Below, piece by piece: positions 51,199-64,000 of a stretch of 64,000 nucleotides of DNA (within the stretch, counting starts at the first letter, position 1; the number at the start of each line of letters is the position of its first letter). The position numbers and the translations under genes were made by a program. Source of the DNA: Octopus sinensis (lineage: Eukaryota). The notes beneath the pieces were generated by a model. The model searched no databases. It had not been told where the DNA came from and saw nothing but the letters and a program-made list of their open reading frames with translations. Location: the NCBI RefSeq assembly GCF_006345805.1, contig NC_043017.1, forward strand, positions 7,440,001 through 7,504,000, in the 5' to 3' direction.

Positions 51199-51341
51199 TG
51201 GACACTGTGGAAGCTTATCAGATATTGTACCTGTAATACAATGGGCCAGCGTTCTCTCACACACACACACACATATGCTGTCATGTTGAGTCTATCTGAA
51301 GATAACAATAAAGGTATGTTTGTGAAACACTCAGCCATATG

Positions 51342-51377
<36 letters not shown>

Positions 51378-52390
51378 TTACATACACACACATAAAATTC
51401 AAGGTTTCAATTGATTTAACAACTGGAATATTAATCATAAAAATTGACTAAAAGTTTATTTTCTTTGTATTTTATTTGACACTTAGTGTACAGTACAGGT
51501 ACACAATAACAGGTTAAAATAGTAGTTTTACTATTTAAACTGACAGAGTAGAAAAGTCAGCTATTCCTAATAGAATGAGCTCTTCATTGCATTGTTGACA
51601 CTTTGATTTTTCTTTTCAGCATTGAATGTTCACCATCTCACTTCCATTGCACACACACACAAACATTCACATAACTCCCTTTTACATACATACATATATA
51701 CTCACACAGAGTTGAAATGATGTTTGATTTTTTTTTCACTGTAGAACTTCCATCATCCCACTACCAAGTTTCCCATCACCCCTTCCTTCCTTATTCATCT
51801 ATCATCCCTTCCTTTCTCATTCATATGTTGTGACAGAGATAAACACAAGAGTATCATTATAGTAGATTACAGTTATTGTTGTTGTTGTTGCTGTTGTTAC
51901 ATCATCCTCATCATTGCTTTTATACTTATATATAAAAGAAATGAGACACAACATAACAGAACAAACAGGAAAGTTTCCCTTCATTAGTTGTATCCTCTTG
52001 GGAATCTTTGCATTTTCCTAATGCACTGAAACTATGAACATTCCCTAGAATGGGTAGCTGATGAAGGGAAACATTCCCACTTGTTTCACCTGTTATGTGT
52101 AAGTATGTGTATTTGGATATATGTATCCATGCATGGGTGGATGTTAGCATCTGCTTGCCCGACATCATGCAAAAGCTGTAAACAGATCAACAAGCAATGT
52201 ACTTTGTTTTAAACCCACAAAACAGTGTGAAGATTTGAACTTGTGTCATTTGGCTCAGTGGCAAACTATCTAAACCACCCTGCTACTACGTTACCCCTCT
52301 CCTCCCTCCATAAAAGCACACATACATAAATGCATACACAGATAAATGTATGCACACAAACACATAGACACGCAAGCACATGAGCACACA

Positions 52391-52688
52391 CAAGCATGGC
52401 TGTGTGATAAGAAGTTTGTTTTTCAACCACATGGTTCCAGGTTCAATCCCACCACATGCTACCTTGGACGAATTTCTTCTAATATAGCCCTGGCTAACCA
52501 AAACTTTGGGAATGGGAATGGATATGGTAGACAGAAGCTGAAAGATGCCTGCAATGTATGTGTGTATGTGTGCGTTTGTCCCCCACCACTGCTTGACAAC
52601 CAGTGTTGGTTTGTTTACCTCCCTGTAACTTAATGACTTCAAAGTGGTGCCCCAGCATGGCCACAGTCAATTGATGCAAGTAAAAGAT
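52391..52688 (+). mobile_element. SINE family A, internally deleted
   Basis: Homology. Confidence 0.75.
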
Positions 52689-53025
52689 GAAATATATAAA
52701 CTCACACATGTACACGCACATGCAACACACATACACACATGTAGACATGCGTGTGCACACACACACACACACACATGCATATACACACACATAAAACCCA
52801 TTTATTAATTACAGGTGATTATCTAAACCCCTCCAACCAAACTGTAAAGAACACCTATGACATAACTTCTTAAGCATCTTCCTCCCTCTCTTTCTCTCAT
52901 TCTCCATCTCTCACTTTCTATATCTATCCCTATCTCTCTGTCTATGTATCTATTCTTCCATCTCACTCACTCTCTCTCTATCTATCTCATTCTCTATCAT
53001 ACTATCCATCTGTCTCTCTATTTAT

Positions 53026-53059
<34 letters not shown>

Positions 53060-54138
53060 CCATATCTCTGTCTATCTGTCTATCTAACTATCTATACCTC
53101 TATCTACCTGTCTGTCTGTCTATCTATCTATCTATCTGTCTATATGTCTATCTGTTTGTCTATCTATCTATCTATCTGTCTATCTGTCTGTCTATCTATA
53201 TGTCTATCTGTCCATCTATCTGTATCTCTCCCTCTCCCCATCCATCCATACCTTTCTCCCATCGCCCACTCACCCATCCCCACCCCCACACTATTACCTG
53301 CGTTCTTTCATCTCTGCCTCTGGTCAGTCTCTAATCTCCCCACTCAGATCACAGATCTCCTCACCAACATTCCTCCAGGCACAAGAAACAAGGAATATTT
53401 TCTAATCAACAGATTACAGAAAAGAACAAAGGAAGATTTAGAAAGAAAAAAATATCAAAATAAAAAACAAAAACAACAAACCAAATGTCACACCTTAGTA
53501 GTAGTAGTAGTTGTGGTGGTGGTGGTGATGGTAGTAGTAGGAGTGATGTTAGTGATACAAGTAGTAGTAGGAGTAATAGTAGTAGTAGTTGCTGCTGCTG
53601 TGATTACTGTTGCTGTAGTTGTTGTTGCTTTTTGTTATGGTTTTAGTCCCAGGTCTCTCTCCATCAATGACACGTATGTGTATGATCAAAGGCATTCCAG
53701 ATGTGACCATCGCATCATTTTCGTGGATATCTGCAAAATTACGCATTATACAATGCGCTCTTCCATTATTAGTTCATGTTGGCATTTCTGATGTTGTTGT
53801 TGTCGTTGTTGTTGTTGGTGGTGGTGGTGGTGAGGGTGGTGAAGGGGCTGTTGTTTTTGTTGTTCAAGCCATTGTCTTCATTTTCTCCCACAACCCAGAA
53901 TGTTGAAATCCTTAAATATCTTCTGTCTGCCTGTCTTTTGTATTCTTCCTCTGTTAAAAACAATGTCTGTTGCTGGAGGCAGGAAATGTTTGGAACACAC
54001 CCACTCACTCAGGCTCTCACACACACACACACACATACACATGCATTGACACATACACATACATGCCTGCATACACATATACATATGTATGCACACACAC
54101 ACACACAAGTAACTGTGGAATAATGAACTCATATCATC

Positions 54139-54398
54139 ACCAACATCATTTAACGTCTGTTTTCCATGCTGGCATGGGTTGGACGGTTTGACTGAGGTCT
54201 GGATGGCCAGTAGGTTGCACCAGGCTCCAATCTGATCTGGCAATGTTTCTACAGCTGGATGCCCTTCCTAATGCCAACCACTCTGAGAGTGTAGTGGGTG
54301 CTTTTTACATGCCACTAGCATGGGAACCAGTCAAGGGGTACTGGCATTGGCCACATTCAGATTGTGCTTTTTACATGCCACCGGCATGGGAGCCAGTC
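54139..54398 (-). mobile_element. family D
   Basis: Homology. Confidence 0.85.
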
Positions 54399-54400
54399 GT

Positions 54401-54452
<52 letters not shown>

Positions 54453-54806
54453 GTACACACACACATACATTTTTACATATACACACATACATACAAATAC
54501 AATTCTCTTAAATTTTGGGATGCATTGGTTTATTCTCTTTCTCCATGAAGCCCTATCAATTTCTTCCTGCTCCCAACAACTTTCCACATGGATATTACCT
54601 ATATTCCAGATCCAATCTAAGCCAGTCTCTGTCTGGTGGATGTTTTTTCCTACCTATTTCCTCCCTTATCCAATTTTCTTTATGGATATTCCCTATTTTT
54701 GAAACCCAATTTTAAGGCAGCTTTTGACTACTTGGTCTCTTTTCTTACCAATTCCATTTTCTCTTTCTCCTACCCAACTTTCCTGATGAGTGTTCCCTAT
54801 TTTTCA

Positions 54807-55093
54807 CAGGACTTATTCTTTGTAAGCCTAGGACTTATTCCGTTGGTCTCTTTTGCTGAACCACCAAGTCACAGGGACATAAACACACCAGCATTGTCAA
54901 GCACTGACAGGGGACAAACACAGACACACGCACACATAAATATATATATATATATATATGACAGGCTTCTTTCAGTTTCCATCTACCAAATTCACTCACA
55001 AGGCTTTGGTCAGCTCAAGGTCATAGTGGGAGACTGAACCCAGAACCATGTGGTTGAGAAGCAAGCTTCTTACCACACAGCCATGCCTGCACC
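54807..55093 (-). mobile_element. SINE family A, partial
   Basis: Homology. Confidence 0.8.
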
Positions 55094-56721
55094 TATTTTT
55101 ATTTATTTTTTTTTTTTCCTGTTATTCAAGTCACTTGGCAACCTCACAAGTGCTGGTGTCATGAAAAAGCACCCAATATACTCTGTAAAGTGGTTGACAA
55201 TAGGGTGGGCATCCAGCTGCAGAAACCATGCCAAAGTAGGCATTGGAGCTCAACACATTCCTGCAGATCATTGGATCGTTTAAAACTGTCCTGATTCTGC
55301 CAGTATGGAAAATAGATATTTGGTGGGGAGGAGGAGGTCTATAACTGTTGATTTCTAATTGTAATTTAGTCAGCAAAATTTGCTTGCCTGTTCAACATGC
55401 TCAAAGGAAATAATTTTTTTTCTTTTTGCCAAAGATTAAGCGTATTCTGTTATTTTAGGAATCCCATAAGGCTTTCCAAGAAAGAGCTGCTAAAGAAAAC
55501 AGCTTAAAACAAGGTTTATTGTGATGTTTATTTATGTTACATGCCAACGGAATTGCATCCGTAGCAGTTTGACGATAGATTTCTTTCATTGTGTACAACA
55601 ATATCACAGACATCAGCATACAAGTCATCTCTTATCTGAGATACAAAAGTGTGTGATTTAGAATTAAGCTGTTTGAGGTTGAATAATGAATAACCTGCCG
55701 GTTGTGTGGTAGCAGAGACTATAAATAAGACCTCAGAGAAGTTATTGAAAGCATTTGAAAAGAACCATTGTGAAGCATTTGGCAGATAATGCAGGGGTTG
55801 TTCTATCACCTTGCTTTACACCTCCCAATTATAGACATTTGATATGGACGTTCACCATCATGAAAGCATTTGGCATTGTGGTTAAGATGTTGCATCCACA
55901 ATTGCTAGGTCATGGTTTCAGTTTCTGGATGAGGTGGTGTGTTGTGTTTTTGAACAAAACTTTTCATTATTGCTCCAGTCCACTTAACTCTAAGTGAATA
56001 ACCTTGCAATGGACTTGTGTTCCGTTTAGTGGGTATGTTATTAATCTTTATTTATTTATATCTGGGTAACCAGATAGTAATGCCCAGAACTTACCTTTCA
56101 TATCATCATGAGAAGCCTTGATAATATTTTAAAATTTACTGGGACAGCCTACTTTTCTGAGAATAATCCATAATGCATCACAGTTCACTGAACCATAGTC
56201 TTTCAGTGAGGTCAGTGAAGCAGAAATGATTGAGCTTGGGTCTTTGCTCAGTGCATTTCTCTTGCAGTTGATGAGCTGAAAATAATGTATTGTGTCATTG
56301 GCCTTATGTCCATTGTGAAAAACCTACCTGGGACTCATAAATGCTACTGGTAGACACATACATACTTAAACATACATAGACACATACATACACACATATA
56401 CATATATGATGATTGTCTTATCATGTCAGATGATAGCTGTCTCACATTTGATAGGGAAACATCTGTATGTCATTGGATTTAAGTCACAAAAACTTGTACA
56501 ACACTTTTGCCACTCTCTCGGTCACCACAGTAGGTCCCAGTGACAAGCATTGCAAGATGGCTGGTAACTATTTTGACTGCAACCTTTAAGCCAGATATCT
56601 TTCTTCCTATGGCTTTGTCAAGAATAATGGGACCCTCCTCTACTCCTGGAAAATCTATCTAACCCATGGATGGGACCCTGATGTGTACTAATATTCCAAG
56701 TCAGAACTGACCTGGGAGTAA

Positions 56722-56873
56722 TCATCATCATCATCATCATCATCATCTTCGTTTAGCGTTCCATGCTAGCATGGGTTGCACGGTTCAACTGTGGTCTGGG
56801 AAGCCAGAAAGCTGCACCAGGACCAGTCTGATCTGGCAATGTTTCTACGGCTGGATGCCCTTCCTAACGCCAA
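56722..56873 (-). mobile_element. family D 3' fragment
   Basis: Homology, (CAT)n end. Confidence 0.8.
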
Positions 56874-57540
56874 TGGTGATTAATAAGCAGCGCCACACTC
56901 CCGACAATTGAACTGGTGTTTCACTTCTGGATGCAGTTTAATGTCATACCCAGGACATACATACATACATACACACACACACATGCATATATACACATTG
57001 ATACATACATGATGACTGTAACACAAGCAATGTCATCACTTAAACATGAGCAGCACAGATGTGGCACCAACGGGTTCCGCTTGCAACAGGTTCACCAGCA
57101 AAGACTATAAGAATAACTATTATGCTTTAAAAGAAAAATCAAGTCCTGGAGTTGATTCGTTCGACTAAACATTCTTTAAGGCGGTGCCCCAGCATGGCCA
57201 CAGTCTAATGTCTGAAACAAGTAAAGGATGAAAGAAAAAATGATACATAGACACATAGATACACACCATCTCGCCCCATAACCCCCTTATACATCCAGCA
57301 GGTATTAAAATGGCGGGCAATGTCCGTCTAGAGTCTTATGTAAACCGAAATTACTCAATTCAACTTTGAAACTCTTAATAACTTTCGTGAAAATTGTTTT
57401 GAGAGAAAATGCTGCTGGCTTCTTTTCCCTGCACGCGAAACTTTTGAGGTGTTAACTGCAACTGAAGGAATTTATACTTGTTGTGTGTGTGATACATACA
57501 CACTTTCTGTCTAAGCATATGCATAGATATATGTGCATAA

Positions 57541-57573
<33 letters not shown>

Positions 57574-58433
57574 TATATAAATACATATATTGTAAATACA
57601 TACATACTCACTTTCTCACCTCTGTGTCTCCTCTTTACACATCCCCCTCCAGCTACCCCTCCCCCCACCCGGATAAAGTATTAACACAGTTTCTGTATGT
57701 TTGTCTCTTTGATATATATATATATATATATATATGTTTTTTTTTCAGTTCATTTGTTGTCTCTCCTCACCCCACCCCCACTCTCCCCACCCCCATTGCT
57801 CCTGTCTTTTCTTCTTACATCATTTTTGTATTGTTGTTCAGTGTGTATCTGTGTGTGTGTGTGTGTGTGTCTAAATATATTCATACACACACACATGCGC
57901 ACACATATTTATGTATACACACACACATCTATACACCTGTTCATGAATACTTCTGTGTGTGATTGTATTCATGCGTTTCTGTGTGTATGTACACCTGACT
58001 GTGTGTGTGTGTGTGGCTATACATGTACACATGTATGCATGTGGCTGTGTGTGTACCTGTCAGCACTGAGATGTATAATATAGTCAGTTGTCTTGAGAAA
58101 CCCCTCACTTCTTAGAAGGAACAAAAGGACCCAACATCTCCTCCGTGATGACAGCAGGATGGCTACTGTTATTGTCATCATCACTGATTGCTAAGTCTTG
58201 TTTTAATGGAAAGGTGGGTTCATCTTCATTGCTTCTTCTTGTTGTTGTTGCTGTTTTTCTTCATCTTGTTCTTGTTGCTGTTGAAGTCATATTGTAGTTA
58301 ATGTGTAGCACTGGAGCTTGTGCTGATTCAACAAATCTATGATCAAAGATGCCTTGTGCTATAGAGTGTGTGTGTGTGCTTATTTTAGCTTACATATGAT
58401 TTATTATGTGTGCCTGTGCATATAAATATATAT

Positions 58434-58623
58434 AAATGTGACCGCGTGTGTACCGTTGGCGATTTTTTTTCCTCTGTCTTCCCTTCTCTGGATCATTCCT
58501 TCTCCTATGTTTCCAATGAAGAGCTCCGCTCGAAACGTTAAACTTTCCTGAGCGTCCAATAATACTATATTTGTTCCACGTCCTCGCGTTGTTGTGTTTT
58601 TTTGTGCTTTCTTGTTTGGATTA

Positions 58624-58628
<5 letters not shown>
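58434..58628 (+). mobile_element. HHR-bearing element family H2, second copy
   Basis: HHR motif at 58509-58543: GTTT-CCaATGA-A-GAGC[TCC]GCTC-GAAACGTT-AAAC; 3' end in (TA)n. Confidence 0.8.
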
Positions 58629-58683
<55 letters not shown>

Positions 58684-58937
58684 CATGTTCTGTGGCCCCA
58701 GATCTGCTCTGATCCAGCAGTTCTGTGATCAAAAATGTTTTAGTCATAACCATCTCATATCTTATTCAAGCACAGTATTCTAACTCTACATTGTCCAGTG
58801 ACATCCATCATTTAAAGAAAATATATATTTTTTTTTTATCTGTTTCAGTCATTCTAATACTTGCCGTTTTGTGTTGTCAAACAAATCATCCCTGGCACTG
58901 ATTTTTTTTAAAGTTTGGCTCTTGTTCTCTCAGTTAA

Positions 58938-59377
58938 CCCTTTCAGAATTTAAACAGGCCAAATCCAGTCTAAAATATTCTGTTTTTACATTCAAACTGA
59001 CTGGATCCAGCCTCTTGTACCTATCTTACAATGCCATTCTAAAAATAAACAATCACATCACTGAAATCTCAAAGCTATAAGATAATTTCAGTATTAACCC
59101 TCTTGGGACACCCAGGCCAATTGATTGGCCCAAGTGATACAAGCTGAAAGGACTTTGAGGCCAGTCCATTGGCCCGATGGAACAAATGTTGTGAATGGTT
59201 GGTTCTGAAGTGTAATGGCTGATCAGAGACCATGTTTCAGTAGAGGTATTGCAATAGAAAAAAAAAAGTTTGGTCTTTTTGACGATACAAACCAAAACAC
59301 TGTGTGAATCATAAGGGTTAATTGAAAACAATGTGAATAAATGTTACACTTGACAAAGTAATTTGGATGCTAAAGGG
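58938..59377. mobile_element. P1 MITE containing a nested TTAA element
   Basis: TTAA|CCCTTT..GCTAAAGGG|TTAA. Confidence 0.85.
59098..59317. mobile_element. nested piggyBac-like MITE (family P3)
   Basis: TTAA|CCCT..AGGG|TTAA; the host MITE is contiguous when this segment is removed. Confidence 0.8.
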
Positions 59378-59789
59378 TTAACATAACCAAACCAGCACAG
59401 GTTGTCAAGTAGTGTGGTGGACACACATACACACACAATAATGATGATGGTAGTGGTTGTGGTAATAATAATAGTGGTCAGAGATTGTAGTGATGATGAT
59501 GATGATGAAGGTTGTAGTAATGCTATAAGCGGATGGTGGGAGAGAGTAAAAATTGGTACATAATGTTAAACACACTGGTTTAGAATGATATGATATTCCC
59601 TGGTTCAAATCCTACCACATCCCTTCTTATGTTTTTTTTTTTTGTTAGCCTTATCACTGTGCAGTTAAGTAGATTCTGTGAGAGAGAAAAGAATTAAACC
59701 TTTTGATACCAACTTGCCTGGGACCACCAGTGCAGTTGAGTGTATTCTTATGAGAGAGAGAGAGAGAGAGAACGAAAGAAAAGAATGGT

Positions 59790-60236
59790 CCCTTTTGATA
59801 TCGACCTGGCTGAGATCACCTTTGATTCTGTGATTTACTTTTTTTTGTTTTAAAGTGATCTAAATTTAAACTTTTTATTGAAGTTTCATTGTTAACAATT
59901 TAGCATTTAAATTGGCCATGTCCAGCCCAAATATTCTACTTGTTTTATGCTGAAACTGACCAGATCCACCCTCTTACACTTACCCTGCAATCTGCCATAA
60001 ATTAAAATAATCAATCACATCATCAAAACCTTGAAGCTACGGGATAATGCAGGATTAATTCAAAACAATGTAAATAAAAATTACATTTGACAGAATAATC
60101 TGAATGCTAAAGGATTAATCTGTGTTCTAAATATCAGTTAATTAATGACAAAGTTGTTTTAATGAATTCTTGATGATTTCCAAAATTTATTTAAACAGAG
60201 GCAGCATACTTCAGCAGAAATACAATAACAAAATGG
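59790..60236. mobile_element. P2-like MITE with a nested P1 MITE (59896-60114)
   Basis: TTAA TSD at 59892-59895 and 60115-60118. Confidence 0.75.
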
Positions 60237-60698
60237 TTAAATATGGCAATATCGGTTGTGTTGTTAAGGCAGCGAGCTGGCAGAATTGTTTGTGCACCAG
60301 GCAAAAATGCTTAGCAACATTTTGTCCATCTTTACATTTTGAGTTCAGATTCCTCAAACGTTGGGTTTGCCTTTCATCATTTCAATGATGATTGATATAT
60401 TGCAAGGGGTAGAGGTGGGGTGGGTGGGGTATTGCACGATCCAAAATAAACCAAGGAAGAAAAAATAGGAGTGGTTGTGGAGAGGAGGGGAGGGGGTTCA
60501 TATTTGGGAGTTGTACTTGTCTAGTAAGTTGCTGTTAAAAACCATGTCAGTGAGCAGGTCACAGGTGAGTGGAACAAATATTTTAACACCTTACGAAATC
60601 AACTTAGAATTTCAAATAAATCTGCTTTTCTGATTTATTGAATGGCTAGAATGGCTCTTCCTCCATCTAGCTGCTGCAAAATTCATATTTCTGTTAAT

Positions 60699-60730
<32 letters not shown>

Positions 60731-60731
<1 letters not shown>

Positions 60732-61044
60732 TTGTTTGTTTATTGGCCACAAGGGCTAACAAAAATCAATTGAAACATAAAGGGACAAAACACAGGACGA
60801 AAGTTACAAAGGGTTTTGTACGTTGGAAAAAGGTCCCTGTACGAAAGCAGGATGACAACGAAAAATAAGTAACAATTAAAACTACCAATAGGGGGAGGCG
60901 CTTCGAAAGGTTACTTGTGGAAAAACCCATAAAAGCCACGGGTGCCCGGTCAAAAGGGGGGGTAGAGAGCCCCTTTCTCCTTTTATATTTCCTATTAATT
61001 CTCACAGGTGTATCCTCAGAATTGGTCCGTTCATACTGGCCATT
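60731..61044 (-). mobile_element. LINE 3' end (L1/Tx1-like; ORF terminus plus 3' UTR)
   Basis: Minus strand: MASMNGPILRIHL* (61043-61002), UTR ending TTAGCCCTTGTGGCCAATAAACAAACAAA; clade assignment is inference. Confidence 0.6.
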
Positions 61045-61669
61045 AATATTAAAGGTGGTGGTGGTGATGTTGGTTGATGATGATGTTAGTGGTGATGGCG
61101 GTGGTGGGGTGGGGTTGATGGCAAGGGTATTAATTGGTCGTAGCAGTGGCAATGGTGATGCTGATGATGGTGGTTTTGATGATGATGATGCTCATTCGTT
61201 ATAATGATGGTGGCTAGCAGTGGTAGCAGTAATAGTAGTAATAGTTAGGCATATTAAATTAGAGAAAACTAATCAACACCCCCCACCCTACCCTCATCAC
61301 CCTTCCTTTTCGTTCCACTGACTCATACCCTAATTTTATCTCTCTCCCCTCTTTCCATTTTAAAACATAGATATATGTTGGTGGTGGTGGGCCAGGTAAA
61401 GATGGTCAGGTATCTTAAAAGTCACTTGTTGTTGTTGTTGTTGTTTTATACCCATGTCCAACTGTTAATTATGTTAATTATATTATGCAAAAGACCTCCT
61501 TCATTATAAACCTAAAAACAGCTGTCTTCCTGTGATTTGGAGGAAGTTAAGGTAGTGGTGGTTGGGGTGACTTCGGGGACAGCAGTGGTGGTGCTGATCA
61601 TAGTAGCAGTAGTGGTGGTCATGGTGGTGGTGACAATCAAGGTGCTGGTCTTCTGTGTCTTCTCTCTCA

Positions 61670-61874
<205 letters not shown>

Positions 61875-62548
61875 CTTCGTTAATTTCCCCTGTTGTTTAA
61901 AATCCTTTAAATCAAATCCATTTGTTTTATTAATTCCTTTTCCGTGAGTGCAGTGAAAGATATTTTTTTCAATTTATTTTTGTGATTTAATTTTGTTTTT
62001 TTTTATTTCTAATTTCTTTCTATTTTTACTTTATTTTTCTTCACATACTTTTTTCTGTAATAATTTCACAATCCCCACCACCACCACCACCACTACCACC
62101 TCATACATGCCGACTGACCCCTTGGTACTCTTCCTTCCTGCTCGTAATAATGCCTTCCCCTGGTTGACGTCCTTTAGGACAAACTATTAAAAGCATTCTC
62201 GCTTACGTAAATAGATTTTCACCAACTGATTAGAAACAATCCATTTATTTATTTATATATTTATTCATTGCAATGGTGATGGTGGTGGTGGTGGTGGTGG
62301 TGGTGAAGGTGGTGGTGGTGGTGGTGGTGGTGAAAGAAGACAAAGGGAGATAAGTTGAACTGATTGTTCTAAAATCTTTTTGATGGTCTTCCATGACTGA
62401 CTCTGCAGCATGGATAGGTACTGAAACAAAAAGTGAGCAGAACCAGCTTTGCTATTGAAGTTTGATGTTTATAGCTATAGAGTCCCCCACAAAAAAACCT
62501 TGTGAGGAAAGTTGGTACAGAGAAGCTGATCTTGTGTGTGTGTGTGTG

Positions 62549-62910
62549 TCATCATCATCATTTAACATTGGTTTTCTATGCTGGCATGAGTGGGATGGTT
62601 TGGCACAAGGTGGTCAGCCGGAGAGCTGCACCAGGCTCCAGTCATCTATTTTGGCATGGTTTCAGTGGACGGATGCCCTTCCTAATGCCAACCATTTTAC
62701 AGAGTGGACTGAGTGGCTTTCAATGTGGCTCTGACGCTAATGCTTTTTGCATGGCACCAGCAAGGGCACCTTTCATGTGGCACCAGCATGGGTGCATTTT
62801 GTGTGACACCAACATGAGTGCATTTTGCTTGGCACCAGCATATGACACCAGCACAAGGGCATTTTACATGGCTCCAGCACAGGTGCTTTTTACATGGCAC
62901 CAGCACAAGT
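62549..62910 (-). mobile_element. family D with an expanded 26-bp internal tandem
   Basis: About 7 GGCACCAGCA-type units. Confidence 0.8.
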
Positions 62911-63147
62911 GTCACACTGAATTTCCCTGAGGACTATATTTAGAGTACACATTCTGTGGAGTCCTCAGCTACTTGCATGTTAATTTCATGAGCAGATTGT
63001 TCCATTGATCGGATCAACTGGAACCCTCATCATCGTAACCGATGGAGTGCCAGTGTACATAAGACTTGTAAAATATAACTAAATTTGAGATGTATAAATT
63101 TACGTTGATTTTTCACAGTATGACTTTAATACACATTGTATGCCTAT

Positions 63148-63376
63148 AAGGGCATCCAGCTGTAAAAACCTTGCCAAAACTGACTTCACCTGTACTTGTG
63201 CCACATAAAAAGCACTAAGTCCACTCTGCTGGGTGGTTGGTGTAAAGAAGGGCATCCAGCCATAAAAATCCTGCCAAAACAGACACACAAGTTTGGCACA
63301 GGTTCCTGCCTGGCCGGCTCCTGTCAAACCATCCAACCCATGGAAGGCAGATGTTAAACAAGGACGATGATGATGA
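63148..63376 (+). mobile_element. family D
   Basis: Homology to 27130-27390. Confidence 0.8.
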
Positions 63377-63379
63377 CCT

Positions 63380-64000
63380 GACATAATTTATGACCTGTAT
63401 TATATGACTGGTAAGCTATGACTTAATTTGACATACATAACATACTGATATGATTTTCGTTGTATAATTTTTATGTGACTTAAATATGAATTGTATATGA
63501 CAAATAAGATTTATGCATGGTGCAGCATATTACCTGTATGATGCAACTCTCATACAATGACTTAAATATGAAACAACTATATGGTATGGTTTTTTATGAT
63601 ATGACATAAATATGACCTGTATGATATAATGCATAAAAGTTGTTGGATATGGCTTAATTTGATAGTTGGAACTGTATATAACCTGTATAACTGTGTGATA
63701 GGACTTAGGAATTGTTTATCATTTGAATGATATGACGTCATAAAAATCGTATGTGGTGTGACATAATTTGTATGATACAATTCTCAAGGTATGACTTTAA
63801 TATAAATTGTATGGTATGATTTTTTTAGGATACAAGGTAATTATGACTTACATAAGACTTGTAAAATATGACCTAATATTATGTAGTATGATTTGTATTA
63901 TGTGACATATAAAAATCTATAATTTCATGGCATGACTCAAATATGCATTAATTATAATGCATGGTTTTTAGGGTATGATATATAATTATAACCAATATGA
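63380..64000. repeat. degenerate AT-rich TATGAC-based satellite-like tract
   Basis: Recurrent TATGAC and TATGAT words. Confidence 0.6.

Noticed and set aside
52038-52090. CTGATGA followed by a hairpin (also CTGATGA near 22886, 31139 and 54783)
   Set aside because: No GAAA after a stem II and no stem I pairing; chance heptamers.
53144-53791. 215-aa ORF with a hydrophobic stretch
   Set aside because: Made of (TCTA)n, (GTA/GTG)n and family F repeat sequence.

Overview
Eukaryotic, AT-rich, microsatellite-dense, essentially non-coding window. The repeat landscape suggests an intron or intergenic stretch of a coleoid cephalopod, probably Octopus (inference from recalled repeat families, not from a search). 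I cannot support any host protein-coding gene: the ORF track is dominated by translated microsatellites and SINEs. The window contains: (i) dozens of copies of several tRNA-headed SINE families (my labels A, B, C, E) and a (GAT)n-tailed family D, which share and swap modules; (ii) decayed LINE remnants (RTE, Rex3/Expander-like RTE, R4/Dong-like in a local duplication, HERO-like, and an L1/Tx1-like 3' end that matches the SINE-B tail); (iii) piggyBac-like TTAA MITEs, some nested, and two hAT MITEs with perfect 8-bp TSDs. The most interesting signal is about ten minimal type-I hammerhead-ribozyme-like motifs, several with a palindromic stem III, in several unrelated short elements. Many of these elements sit in or next to microsatellites, one is in the spacer of a 110-bp inverted repeat, two form a 262-bp tandem, and one follows a tRNA-like head. 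This looks like a set of Penelope-like/retrozyme-type non-autonomous elements. Every copy here carries substitutions, so activity is unproven. Coordinates were read by eye and may be off by a few bases.
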